A stretch of 64,000 bases of DNA, from NCBI GenBank assembly GCA_963735805.1, contig CAVTMK010000002.1, forward strand, positions 1,216,001-1,280,000, given 5' to 3'. The notes beneath the pieces are model-generated. The model worked only from the letters and a program-made list of their open reading frames with translations, was not told where the DNA came from and did no database searches. The number at the start of each line of letters is the position of its first letter. The stretch's first letter is position 1. Positions 41,139-50,752 of this stretch are shown here, one piece after another. Source of the DNA: an uncultured Verrucomicrobiae bacterium (lineage in GTDB: Bacteria; Verrucomicrobiota; Verrucomicrobiia; Chthoniobacterales; UBA10450). A program made the translations under genes and the position numbers.

Positions 41139-41798
41139 TCACTTCTTTTTAGCAAGCGAATCAAGAAGCTTTTGCAAATCCTTCCACGGAAATTCACCAA
41201 CGTGGACTTGGCCATTGATAACGAAAGCGGGCGCGCCGGTGATGTTATAACGTTTCTGCGCTTCCTCGCCGACTTTGGTGGCGCGTTCCACTTCGGCTTT
41301 GTTTTCTATGCATTGATCCGCCAGAGCAGTATTCATTCCCGCCATTCGGCCCATTGCCATCAACGCCCCATGCACGTCAGTCGCGCCGAACTCCGGATCC
41401 CATTCCTTCTGATTGCGGTACAGCATGTCGATGAAGTGCATATACTTGCTGGGGGGAAGGCAGCGGGCCATTGCTTCCGCGGCCAAATCCACCGGATTCA
41501 AAGGGAAGACTCGAAAAACGTAGTAGACTTTTCCGGTAACGATATATTTCGCCTTTAAAAGCGGTAACGAGTCCAAGTTGAAGCGAGCGCAGGGCGGACA
41601 AGTCAGCGACGCGTATTCGACCATCAAAATCGGGGCTTTTGGAGAGCCAATCGACCTGTCTGTTGCTGTGATCGTGATGGCGGCTCTCTCCTCGGTTGCC
41701 GAGAGCGCGGCGCTTTGAAAGACTATCACGGCAAGGACCGCCGCAACGGCGCTCAGGGTGATTCGCGTGCTGTTCAAATTGTCCTTCAGGCGATACAT
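41139..41798 (-). CDS. DsbA family thioredoxin protein
   Basis: EYASLTCPPCA, FPL, P.FVING. Confidence 0.88.
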   Translation of the reverse strand: MYRLKDNLNSTRITLSAVAAVLAVIVFQSAALSATEERAAITITATDRSIGSPKAPILMVEYASLTCPPCARFNLDSLPLLKAKYIVTGKVYYVFRVFPLNPVDLAAEAMARCLPPSKYMHFIDMLYRNQKEWDPEFGATDVHGALMAMGRMAGMNTALADQCIENKAEVERATKVGEEAQKRYNITGAPAFVINGQVHVGEFPWKDLQKLLDSLAKKK

Positions 41799-41857
41799 TA
41801 TTCCTCCACAATCCTTTCAGCAATCATCCTCTCGCCGGGCGTTGGCATACTCATGCA

Positions 41858-42235
41858 TTAGTTGTCAGCAGACTGCTTTATGTAATCGCTCAGGGCTTCG
41901 ATTCGCTGGTTGATTAACTTGAGCTGTGCGTTCGCGAAATCTACTCGCATACCGCTGCCTCCAATCGCGCCGCCGACGCGCGCGATCAACATGGCTTCAT
42001 CGTCACGCCACTTGATCCATGAGCGTTCGGCTTCTTTTAAAGCCTTCTGCCCGTCCGCATCCAGTTTACCCATCAGACGTTTATAGACTGCGTCGAGGCG
42101 GGTATTGGCCTGGTCCACTGCGGCCTGTTCCTCCGTTCCCGGTGGTTTGAAGTCAGGACCTTGGCCTTTGGATTCAAGAGACACGGCCATGATCACGACG
42201 GCAATCCAAGCGGCGAATAGTGTTTTTATCTTCAT
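41858..42235 (-). CDS. LprI/DUF1311 lysozyme inhibitor-like protein (cassette)
   Basis: L..VYKRL..L...LKEAERSWIKWRD. Confidence 0.8.
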   Translation of the reverse strand: MKIKTLFAAWIAVVIMAVSLESKGQGPDFKPPGTEEQAAVDQANTRLDAVYKRLMGKLDADGQKALKEAERSWIKWRDDEAMLIARVGGAIGGSGMRVDFANAQLKLINQRIEALSDYIKQSADN

Positions 42236-42286
42236 TTTCCTGGTTGGAGTTTGCTGCCTGCGAAGGCCAGGAAGCAAGCTTTAACC

Positions 42287-42484
42287 GCCTAACGAGAATC
42301 GAGCAGATTGGGAATCTGCGAGATAGACGGGATAGCCCGCGAGGGCGAATGAGCCGGGAAGATCATGAGTCAAAGAGAGAAGCTACGGCATGTGGTGGTG
42401 CGATCTGTTTCACTTCATCCTTCATAACTTTCCTTCTGCTTTGCCGCACAGCGGCGTGCGGTTGGCTTTATCGATTGGTTAGAT
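42287..42484. other. Expanded attC (198 bp) with 75-bp module at 42298-42372
   Basis: GCCTAAC...GTTAGAT; removing the module leaves 123 bp. Confidence 0.8.
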
Positions 42485-42541
42485 TTCACCTCGACGAATG
42501 AAGCGGTTTGTGATGCCGATCGTTCCCAAGCGTGGACAACA

Positions 42542-43099
42542 TTATGTGAACATGATCCGATAGCGCAGGCCAGGCTTGCAGCCGAACTGCTGCGGTTTGA
42601 TGAAGTGCTCGACGAAGATGCCGCCATTCGCTTCGACGACGCGTTGTGACGCGATGTTGTCCGGATCGGTGGTGATCTCCACGTACAGCAGGCCGAGCGC
42701 CTTGGCTTCCGGGAGTATGAGGTGTAGCGCTGACTTTGCATACCCGCGGTGCTGCTTCCACGGCACGACCGCATAGCCGATATGCCCCAGACAATAGGGC
42801 GGCAGCGCCGTAGTACCGGGCTGCCACCGCAACCCGATGCTGCCACAGAATTCGCCGTCCCAGAGCCAGCGTCTGAAGCCCGGGAGGCGCTTGGCCGTCG
42901 AACCGTCCGGAAGAGTGATGGGAGGACCCTTGCCTTCGCGGTCTTCCATGCTGGCGAGAAACGCCGCTGCATCGGCCTGAATGCGGGAGAGCTCTTCGCG
43001 TGTGGCTTCGACACCGCGCTCATTGTCCGCAGACCACCCACGCTCAAGCGCAGCGACGTAGCTCACAAGGTGTTCGGGCCCGGGACGCACGAGCTGCAT
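42542..43099 (-). CDS. GNAT acetyltransferase (cassette)
   Basis: GHIGYAVVPW..RGYA, NIASQRVVEANGG. Confidence 0.88.
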   Translation of the reverse strand: MQLVRPGPEHLVSYVAALERGWSADNERGVEATREELSRIQADAAAFLASMEDREGKGPPITLPDGSTAKRLPGFRRWLWDGEFCGSIGLRWQPGTTALPPYCLGHIGYAVVPWKQHRGYAKSALHLILPEAKALGLLYVEITTDPDNIASQRVVEANGGIFVEHFIKPQQFGCKPGLRYRIMFT

Positions 43100-43106
43100 A
43101 CTAGAC

Positions 43107-43233
43107 GCCTAACGATACACAAGATCAGCGGTCGCGAGACCTTAGAAGCGGTCCACGCGGCAAAAGCGAGAAGGGGAATAACTCACGAAGCGGATTGTAC
43201 GTAATATCGCGGTTCACGAAGCATGGTTTAGAT
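43107..43233. other. attC, degenerate
   Basis: GCCTAACGAT...AAGATCAGCG...GCGGTTC...GGTTTAGAT. Confidence 0.6.
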
Positions 43234-43623
43234 GTTGTCGACGGCCACCGTTTCGACCCACTGTGCCCGCCAGGCAGGGGCGCTGAACGGGTCGGCAAAG
43301 TATTGGGTTTCATGCGATACTTTTCCATCACGAAACTCCATAATGCTGACGGTATAGACGCGCTTGCCCTCGTACATAATCACATACTCAGTGATCCAGA
43401 GATTGCCGTTTCCCACGATCCGGCGGACCGAAAACCCCGATGGCTTGCCAGGATGATGACTACGAAGCGCCTGCAGGTTATTCCGACCGCGAATTACCTC
43501 GCCTGATTGTGGATACTCGCACACGACATCATCGTGGTAGATTTCATGTTCGGCAACCTGATCACCCGCAGCCGACGCTGCCCAATGCCGATCAATAGCT
43601 ATCCGAATGTTCTGCTGTTCCAT
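43228..43623 (-). CDS. SnoaL-like NTF2 family protein (cassette)
   Basis: YPQSGE.IRG, ETQYFADPF.AP.WRA.WVE. Confidence 0.85.
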   Translation of the reverse strand: MEQQNIRIAIDRHWAASAAGDQVAEHEIYHDDVVCEYPQSGEVIRGRNNLQALRSHHPGKPSGFSVRRIVGNGNLWITEYVIMYEGKRVYTVSIMEFRDGKVSHETQYFADPFSAPAWRAQWVETVAVDNI

Positions 43624-43667
43624 TAGCGGTCTTCTAGGTCAGACGTTCCGAAGTGTAAGGCGAGCTT

Positions 43668-44123
43668 CTAATTGTCAGCCCATGACCAGGCGGTAATCTG
43701 CCAGTCCTGTGCTGCTTTGTGTAACACCAGAGTCATAACACCGGTTTCGTTGACTATTTCTGTCTTCTTCTTGAAACGGAAGGTTGTCGGAACAACCACG
43801 TATGCGTCAGCACCTGTGACATCGACGTGCTTCGGTTTGTCCAGAGTTACAACCGCTTCGCTCATGTTGTTCGCCTTGGCGTAAGCCTGATAAGCCTTGA
43901 ACCATTTCGAGGCGGCTCCGGCCCCGTGCCACACGTGCGGCGGAAAATCGTCGATAATCAAAGCTTCCTCCGCGCAAGCGGTCTCAGCCATTTTGACGTC
44001 GCTCTTGTTAAAACCCTCTACAAACTGCTGCACAGGGACCATTACATCTGTCTCTTCAGATGCGACGGCCGATCTTCCGATCACGGCGACGGAGATCGCG
44101 AGTGCGATCATTAGTTTGTGCAT
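43668..44123 (-). CDS. NTF2-like secreted protein
   Basis: IIDDFPPHVWHG, AYVVVP, W.ITAWSW. Confidence 0.8.
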   Translation of the reverse strand: MHKLMIALAISVAVIGRSAVASEETDVMVPVQQFVEGFNKSDVKMAETACAEEALIIDDFPPHVWHGAGAASKWFKAYQAYAKANNMSEAVVTLDKPKHVDVTGADAYVVVPTTFRFKKKTEIVNETGVMTLVLHKAAQDWQITAWSWADN

Positions 44124-44255
44124 ATTGGATTTGCTCCTTTGTGGGTTGCTTTTACTACGGTAATTCGTCGAACGAGACATAAGATCAACGATCGCGCGAG
44201 TTAGAAATGACATTCGCATAACAAGCATACTAAACCACAAAAGAAAATTGGGTCA

Positions 44256-44723
44256 TCAGGGAGACGGGATGACCGTATCTTGAGCCGCGACGATTTGCCA
44301 TTGCCCATTGCGCTTTAACCACGTGTCAGTCCACACCTGACATCGCCTTGTCTCCGTGCCGTCGGCTGCCTTCCGGATACGGCTTTCCGATCCGTACGCG
44401 ATGGCAATGGAGTCTCCAAAAAACCGCACCTTTACGTCACCGAGCTGACAGTCGCGAGCGACTGCCTTGGGATCGGTGGCGATAGCTTGTACCTTGCCGT
44501 AGCGACGACCGTCGGTTGCCGTTCCCTGGAAGTCGTCTGCTATAACGGTCTTCAGGTCTGGCTGAGGGCTACAGCTTGAGCTGGCCCATTTAGCTTCTGC
44601 AGCGATAATGAATTTGACAGTGGAGTCGTCCGGCGACCCCCATCTGCTGTCCTGGGCAATGGTTGGTGTTGTGAGACAGCCAAGAAACGAGAGCGTAGCA
44701 GTGAAGAGCATTGTGCGTGACAT
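44256..44723 (-). CDS. DUF4440 NTF2-like secreted protein
   Basis: ADDFQGT..DG, WTDTWLKRNGQWQIVA. Confidence 0.85.
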   Translation of the reverse strand: MSRTMLFTATLSFLGCLTTPTIAQDSRWGSPDDSTVKFIIAAEAKWASSSCSPQPDLKTVIADDFQGTATDGRRYGKVQAIATDPKAVARDCQLGDVKVRFFGDSIAIAYGSESRIRKAADGTETRRCQVWTDTWLKRNGQWQIVAAQDTVIPSP

Positions 44724-44775
44724 ATATTCTCCTAATAGAACTGCCGAATTACAAAAGCCATAGTTTTATCTCGCC

Positions 44776-44887
44776 GCATACCGAGACACAAAATCAGCTA
44801 TCGCGACCGAGGGCGCGCTGGCTGCGAGTAGCTATCCCGAGCAGGAACACAAATCGGGACGCAGTTAGCTACATCGCCTGGTCAGAC
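44776..44887. other. attC, degenerate
   Basis: GCATACCGAGAC...ATCAGCT...AGCTACATCGCCTGGTCAGAC. Confidence 0.55.
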
Positions 44888-45289
44888 CGTGTCGTGCGTG
44901 CGCCGCCAAAGAGCGTCGAGGCTCCACAAGCCCGAGCCGTGAAAGAAAATGTAGAGAAAAACGAAACAATAGAGCACCGCCGTCTCGCCACCGTTGGTAA
45001 TAGGCGCGAAGCCGCGACCCGCGCAGACCATGAAGTATGCTACGGCCATTTCGCCACTGGCAAGAAATGCTGCGGCTCTCCCGCAAAATCCAACCGCGAC
45101 CAGGGTGCCGGTCACGAACTCGATCAGCCCCGCGGCCAATCCCAGAGGACTGTGGATCGCAATCCTGCCGCCAAGCACACCAAACAGCTTCTGCGCGCCA
45201 TGGCACGCGAAAAGCAGTCCCACGATGATCCTGAGGATTGCATAGCACTTCCCGCTATGTCGTGTAAGAAAGACCGATGGACTCCGCAT
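44882..45289 (-). CDS. DoxX family protein (cassette)
   Basis: HGAQKLFG, AAFLASGEMAVAYF, NGGE. Confidence 0.88.
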   Translation of the reverse strand: MRSPSVFLTRHSGKCYAILRIIVGLLFACHGAQKLFGVLGGRIAIHSPLGLAAGLIEFVTGTLVAVGFCGRAAAFLASGEMAVAYFMVCAGRGFAPITNGGETAVLYCFVFLYIFFHGSGLWSLDALWRRTHDTV

Positions 45290-45291
45290 AG

Positions 45292-45458
45292 GTCTAGCGA
45301 GAAAGAGAATGGAGCCCGCGGGGAGCGGTGCGACATAGACGGGAAGCCGGCAGGATGGTTTCTCGGGAAGAAAACATCACAAGCCACGGCAAGGTGCCGT
45401 GGCACACACGCTGAACGTATCTCGGGATGGGGCCGAGGGCTTCATCGATTAGTTAGAT
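45292..45458. other. Expanded attC (167 bp) with 71-bp module at 45309-45379
   Basis: GTCTAGC...GTTAGAT; removing the module leaves the 96-bp type. Confidence 0.8.
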
Positions 45459-45495
45459 GGTTCGCGTAATCATCACGCTCGCGTTCTTCACACGA

Positions 45496-45798
45496 TCATC
45501 TGCTTGCAGGCACGCACTTGAACCGAATCTCCGCAGATGCAGACTGTCCGGGTTTCGAGTCCTGTGCCGTGCCGTTCAAGGGAATCATTTCGCCCCCTTT
45601 GATCCGACAGAACTCCGCAGCTTGCTGGTAGAGCCGCGCTTTGACCGCACTGCCGGAAAAATCAGTAGAGTTACCAACACCGGCCATCTTGTAAGTGTTC
45701 GGTCCGATTTGAACGACGCGGTCTGTTCCCGAAGTGGCACATCCGCAAATACACACCACGATGCCGACAACCGAAGCGAAAGATCGAAAGGATTTCAT
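45496..45798 (-). CDS. Small lipoprotein (cassette)
   Basis: ICGC lipobox, VVQIGPNTY, A.EFC, EIRFKC. Confidence 0.75.
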   Translation of the reverse strand: MKSFRSFASVVGIVVCICGCATSGTDRVVQIGPNTYKMAGVGNSTDFSGSAVKARLYQQAAEFCRIKGGEMIPLNGTAQDSKPGQSASAEIRFKCVPASR

Positions 45799-45929
45799 TG
45801 GGGTGGGTATCAGTCGTGCTAAGAAGAGCATTGCAACAGCGAGCCAGGCGGAAAGCGAGCAAAAAAAACCAAGGCGCCACGAAAGAAGATAAAGGCTTCA
45901 TCGATTGGTTAGATGTAAAAGCAGCCATA

Positions 45930-46394
45930 TTATTTCTTCGCCGGGATTTCGTCGTACATGTAGCGAAAGATCTTCCACGAACCATCCGTTTGCTTCTTCC
46001 ACACCAGCAGGTTCTTGCCGCGGAAATGGATCTGTTTCCCGTTCCTCGTCACGTCACCATCGAAAACCGAGGTCGCAATCGCGACGTTATCCACCACGTG
46101 GAAGCTGTTCCAATTAACTGTCAGCGTGAACGGCACAAAGTGCGGGTCGGCGACAAGCTTCTTGTAATACTCGCCGATCGCTGCCTTGCCGAGCACGGGC
46201 TCCTCCTCTTTAGGCATGAGAACCGCGTCCTCGTCGTAAAGGTTCGTGAGCGCCATGGCATCTTTCTTGTTCGCTGCGGCCAGCCACTCCTTGTAGCGAT
46301 CCTCCACCGCGGCCTTGATGTTGGCTTCGTTGTTTTGCGCGAAGACCGGCAGGACGACCAGGAACATGATTGTGAGCGAGAGCAGTTTGCTCAT
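45930..46394 (-). CDS. DUF4440/YybH NTF2-like secreted protein (cassette)
   Basis: LYDEDAVLMP, GKNLLVWKKQTDGSWKI; attC right arm ends at 45914. Confidence 0.85.
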   Translation of the reverse strand: MSKLLSLTIMFLVVLPVFAQNNEANIKAAVEDRYKEWLAAANKKDAMALTNLYDEDAVLMPKEEEPVLGKAAIGEYYKKLVADPHFVPFTLTVNWNSFHVVDNVAIATSVFDGDVTRNGKQIHFRGKNLLVWKKQTDGSWKIFRYMYDEIPAKK

Positions 46395-46467
46395 GCTCTT
46401 TAGACAGTCGGCACCATTTACGTGTTGAAACTGATTCGTCATCTTGGCTTCCATCGACTGGTTAGAT

Positions 46468-47061
46468 CTAGCGATGGAGCATCGGGGAAACGTCGAAGCC
46501 GAAGACTACCTGCCAAACAAAGATCACTATTCCCATTATCGTATGCGTGCGAATGCGCCTTGAGCGAAATCCAATGACTGCCACCGGAATGCCAGCGACA
46601 GAATATCCCCAGCCCAACACGCCTTGTCCTATGATATAAGTCCAGCCGCCCTTCATGTATGAGTCCATCACATCGATGACCAAGCCAAGCAGGTAAACTG
46701 AATAGAACCAGCGGCGCTTTGACAGGAAATATGCATTCAGGTCGTCGACTTTGTCCCAGTCCCTGGGAATGAGAAGAGCCGCGAGAAGAAACAGAACAAC
46801 TGCGTAGCAGATAATCAGAAAATAGTTCCAGAGCGTCCAATGTTTCAGGATGTCGACCAGGCGGAATTCCCACCACCAGAAAAGAATCATCCACACAAAA
46901 ACCTGTGCCAGCCAGAATGCTGATGCCCAACTGAGTTGCAGTGGACGGTCGCCTTCAGTGTAACGCTCGATCGCACCGCTGACGCCTAAAAGCACGTTCG
47001 TAATGCCCAAGCCGATGATGATCGAAGTCAGCACCATCACGTGCTGAAATTGGTCGCTCAT
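46468..47061 (-). CDS. Hypothetical membrane protein (cassette)
   Basis: Multi-TM; SIIIGLGIT, FWWWEF. Confidence 0.75.
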   Translation of the reverse strand: MSDQFQHVMVLTSIIIGLGITNVLLGVSGAIERYTEGDRPLQLSWASAFWLAQVFVWMILFWWWEFRLVDILKHWTLWNYFLIICYAVVLFLLAALLIPRDWDKVDDLNAYFLSKRRWFYSVYLLGLVIDVMDSYMKGGWTYIIGQGVLGWGYSVAGIPVAVIGFRSRRIRTHTIMGIVIFVWQVVFGFDVSPMLHR

Positions 47062-47100
47062 ATCATTCTCGCATTGTAGATTACCAGTGCTTCCCTGGTC

Positions 47101-47224
47101 GTCTAACGAGACCAAGCTGAGCTACCGCCGCTGAGAGCGAGCGCGGCCTGGGCTGAAACTATTTTATTCATCTGAAATGCAAATGTACGCCGGTCCGCGG
47201 TTCGGTACATCGACTGTGTAAATC
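47101..47224. other. attC, degenerate
   Basis: GTCTAACGAGACCAAGCTGAGC...GCGGTTCGGTACATCG. Confidence 0.6.
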
Positions 47225-47233
47225 CGTAAAGGC

Positions 47234-48400
47234 TCATAAACCGGCGAAGAACGCTGCGATATCGCGGGCGAGCAACTGGGGCTCCTCGGCTGGCGCGAAG
47301 TGGCCGCCTCTCGGCATCGGCGTCCACCGGCGCACGTTGTATAGACGTTCGGCCCATTCGCGGGGAGGTGTTCCCTCATCGACAAAATTATTGGCGAAAA
47401 CGGCGATGCCAGTTGGCACGTCGACGAACTCTTGTGGTCCAATGGTGATTCGGAACCGCCTGTTGTCGTTGTCAAAGTAATCCCGCATAGAGGATGTGAT
47501 CGTCTGTGTTACCCAGTAGAGCGTCACCGTGGTCAACAAGAAATCGCGGGAGAGGCGCTCATCGAGATTACCACGGGAATCGGCCCAGGAGCGCCACTTT
47601 TCCAGAATCCAGGCGGCGAGCCCAGCGGGCGAGTCGTTCAGCGCGTATCCAAGCGTCTGCGGCTTCGTGGACTGAATTGCCTTGTAACCATATTCTTCTT
47701 GCCAGAATGCCTCGTTGCGCTCGCGATAAGTTTTCTCCGCCGCGGACAGTGGCCGCGTCCCTGGTCCAGTGTAGGGAGTAATCTCCAGATTACTCAGGTA
47801 GACGCCAATCATTGGTTTTGGATTGTTCAACGCCATGAACGTGGCAATCCCGGCTCCGAAATCTCCGCCTTGCGCCCCGTAGCGCTCGTAACCCAAACCA
47901 CGCATGAGGCGGTGCCATAGCCCGGCGACGTGCTGATAGTTCACGCCCAACTGACGGGGCCGCTCGGAGAACCCGTAACCAGGAAGGGAAGGGATGACGA
48001 CGTCAAAGGCGGGACCGTCGATGCCGTGGGCGTGTGGATCGGTCAGGAACGGCACTAGCGGAAGCAGCTCTACGAACGTGCTAGGCCAGCCGTGAATCAA
48101 AATCAGCGGAATGCCGTTTCCGTGCCTGGCCCGCTCATGGACGAAGTGGATATGAACGCCATCGAGCTCTGCGCGGAACTGGGTGGCCGCGTTCAGCTCG
48201 CGCTCTTGTGCCTGCCAATCGAACTCGTCGGCCCAATACGCAAGCAACTGCCTGAGGTACTCAAGGTCAGTCCCCTGTTCCCAGGCAGCGCCTGGTGCCT
48301 GATCAGGCCAGCGCGTCTTACGAATGCGCTCTCGGAGGTCAGACAAGATCTCTGCCTCGATTTGGATCGAGAACGGGGTGATATGTAACGGTGATTCCAT
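47234..48400 (-). CDS. Epoxide hydrolase (EHN N-terminal domain)
   Basis: HGWP, PSLPGYGFS, GGDFG, GGHFA..E.P. Confidence 0.92.
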   Translation of the reverse strand: MESPLHITPFSIQIEAEILSDLRERIRKTRWPDQAPGAAWEQGTDLEYLRQLLAYWADEFDWQAQERELNAATQFRAELDGVHIHFVHERARHGNGIPLILIHGWPSTFVELLPLVPFLTDPHAHGIDGPAFDVVIPSLPGYGFSERPRQLGVNYQHVAGLWHRLMRGLGYERYGAQGGDFGAGIATFMALNNPKPMIGVYLSNLEITPYTGPGTRPLSAAEKTYRERNEAFWQEEYGYKAIQSTKPQTLGYALNDSPAGLAAWILEKWRSWADSRGNLDERLSRDFLLTTVTLYWVTQTITSSMRDYFDNDNRRFRITIGPQEFVDVPTGIAVFANNFVDEGTPPREWAERLYNVRRWTPMPRGGHFAPAEEPQLLARDIAAFFAGL

Positions 48401-48440
48401 TGTAGGTCTTACCAGCTAGCTAACATTGTCGCCTGCTGCC

Positions 48441-48737
48441 TAACAAAATCGATGCACTAGCGGGAGCGTAAGCCGGGCACCTGGACGAAGTCGACGGTGT
48501 CGTGGCAAACACGCCGAGCTTATACTGCAATGGGGCCAGCCTGCTCGCGAATGGAGCAGCGGGACGGCAGCGACATAGATGGGCAAACCGAGAGGTCGAA
48601 TGGAGCTTAACGGAAAAGCGACATAGAAGGTAAAACTGTGAGGGAAGCAGCGAGCGAGTCGGGGAAGGAGCGAGTTTCAAATGAGCGGGAGCGAATGAGT
48701 CAAAGCTTTCGGAGTTGGCCTCATCGACTGGTTAGAC
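48441..48737. other. Left-truncated giant attC carrying the 152-bp nested insert (48551-48702)
   Basis: Near-identical to the right ~300 bp of 53567-54132 and 56238-56654. Confidence 0.85.
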
Positions 48738-48762
48738 GCTTCGGCGGAACATGCATGGAGCC

Positions 48763-49167
48763 TTAGACACTTCCCGCATCACGTGCGACTTGGAGCGTGT
48801 CGAGGTATTGTTGGAACTTGACAGGCCGGCCGTCGCGGGTTGTCCAGACGTGAGCCACCTGTGCTTTGCGTTCCTTAGCTTGCCCGTGAAACCTAAAGTA
48901 ATAGTAGCCGAGAGCCACAACTCTCTCGCCGCCGTTGCACTCAAAGATCTCGTCCACGTCAAAGACGAGTTTGTCAAAACCCGCCGTTAAGCGTTCGAAA
49001 ATGCCTGAGCGCACCGCCACTATCCCGTGATACGGGCTGCGGTCCGCGAACGGCGAATTATCAGCCACAATCCAGACGATGTCGTCAGCCAAATACGACA
49101 TCACTGCTTCGTAGTCGCGTTCGCCCAAGCGTGCGTAGAGTGTTTCAATATCCGTGATCGCATTCAT
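48763..49167 (-). CDS. SnoaL-like NTF2 protein (cassette)
   Basis: LADDIVW, AHVWT, FQQYLDT. Confidence 0.85.
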   Translation of the reverse strand: MNAITDIETLYARLGERDYEAVMSYLADDIVWIVADNSPFADRSPYHGIVAVRSGIFERLTAGFDKLVFDVDEIFECNGGERVVALGYYYFRFHGQAKERKAQVAHVWTTRDGRPVKFQQYLDTLQVARDAGSV

Positions 49168-49177
49168 ATTCGATAAG

Positions 49178-49290
49178 GTCTAACGAGAAAAAGCTCAGCC
49201 ACCGCTGGCGGCAGCGAGTATAGCAAACTCACAGAGTTCTTTCATAAAGCAAACGTGCGCATCGCGGTTGGCTGCAGCGCTTGGTTAGGC
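49178..49290. other. attC
   Basis: GTCTAAC..GCTCAGCCACCGC / GCGGTTGGCTGCAGC..GTTAGGC. Confidence 0.88.
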
Positions 49291-49767
49291 GAATTCAATT
49301 TTCCGAAGCATGACGACGGATTCTTTGTCGCCGACCTCGCGCTCATATATCGCCCATCCATTCTTTTCATAAACTGAAGCGGTCACAGCGAGGCAGTCGA
49401 TGAAAAGGCCTTTGATGCGTGCTCTTGCAGCGATCGAAGCGGCTTCATGGAGGATCATCGAGGCAATCCCTCGGCGGCGAAAGTCCGGCCTGACGTAAAC
49501 TGCAGCGATCCAGGGTGCATATTGGGGGCGATGAATGCAGTCGTTTTCGATGACGCAGCAACTTCCAACTGGTTCGCCCTCGGCCAGAGCGATCACACTA
49601 TACGGCACAGTATGCAGTTTCGTATGGCTCCGGAGCCAGTTGAAAACAACCTCGGGCGAGTCGCATCGCTTGCTCCACCACTCGTCGTAGATCCAGCGCC
49701 CAACGGTCTCGAGGTGCTCTGGGCACTCCGATAGCTGCTTAAGGGCGATCGTCATTCGGCGGGACAT
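49285..49767 (-). CDS. GNAT acetyltransferase (cassette)
   Basis: PWIAAVYVRPDFRRRGIA. Confidence 0.88.
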   Translation of the reverse strand: MSRRMTIALKQLSECPEHLETVGRWIYDEWWSKRCDSPEVVFNWLRSHTKLHTVPYSVIALAEGEPVGSCCVIENDCIHRPQYAPWIAAVYVRPDFRRRGIASMILHEAASIAARARIKGLFIDCLAVTASVYEKNGWAIYEREVGDKESVVMLRKIEFA

Positions 49768-49771
49768 TATC

Positions 49772-49897
49772 GCCTAACGAGACTCAAGATCAGTCACGAC
49801 TCTGGGAGGCGCACATAGCCTCATCCCGAGCATCCTAGCTAAGGTTAACATTGGAACGCAACGCCATAGAATCGTTCGCTGCATCGCCTGGTTAGAT
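49772..49897. other. attC
   Basis: GCCTAAC..GATCAG / CTGCATC..GTTAGAT. Confidence 0.8.
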
Positions 49898-49909
49898 GCT
49901 TCCCTGCTA

Positions 49910-50410
49910 TCACTTTTCAGTCCGCGTAAGCTGAGCGAGTGAAGGGACACCGCGGACTTCTTCAAGGCTCTCGACGTAATTCCGAAATCCGGGCGCAAAG
50001 AACGTCCGCCTCATGGACCACCATGTCTTGACCGTTGGCACCATCCAAACGCTGCGCAGAAATGCGTCGTATCCCTCCCACTGATCGCGTTCGAGCGTGC
50101 CTTGACGCATTTGGAACCATCCATTCTCGAACAGCTTGAAATAACCGAGCATAAAAGATGCATACCGCGCTCTTTCCATCTCCGACGCGCTGCTCCAGTC
50201 TTTCAACATTGTGGCAGTCGTTAAAAGCTGGTCATTCTGCGACATCTGGATGGCAAGGTCATGCATCGATCTGGCAAGGGAGTCGACCACAATCGCGCGT
50301 GAAGAGCGCGTGTTTTGCCGGACCTGCGCCGCCACATAAAAGAGCGAGACGATGACGCCGATCGACGCGATTAGCTGTGCCCAGACATTGATCGTTTCCA
50401 CATTCATCAA
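49910..50410 (-). CDS. Hypothetical protein, paralog of 51381-51848 (cassette)
   Basis: AQLIASIGVIVSL.YVA.Q.RQNT N-terminus. Confidence 0.75.
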   Translation of the reverse strand: MMNVETINVWAQLIASIGVIVSLFYVAAQVRQNTRSSRAIVVDSLARSMHDLAIQMSQNDQLLTTATMLKDWSSASEMERARYASFMLGYFKLFENGWFQMRQGTLERDQWEGYDAFLRSVWMVPTVKTWWSMRRTFFAPGFRNYVESLEEVRGVPSLAQLTRTEK

Positions 50411-50628
50411 GGTTTTTAAATCCGTGGTTTCTACGACCGATTCAGCCCCGATTCAATCATCTAACGATCACAGCTGCCGTAGCAACAACAGTCTTTCGCA
50501 TTATGAGACGGCGCACATTAATCTAACGAGAACAAGATGAGCGCCGGCGAACCCCGGCCGCGGCGGGTAAACTGTAGCGCGCGCGCCAATGACTTGCGCG
50601 AAATTACTCCAGTCCTGAAGCGTCATAG

Positions 50629-50752
50629 GCCTAACGAGACGGAACTGGGCCACCGCGGACGACAGCGAGCTCTGCCGCGAGGTTCAGTATTGAAGCGATC
50701 TGAAAGCTAGACATCGGAACGGCCAGCGGTTGGCTCCATCGATTGGTTAGGT
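50629..50752. other. attC
   Basis: GCCTAACGAGAC..GCCACCGC / GCGGTTGGCTCCATC..GTTAGGT. Confidence 0.8.
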
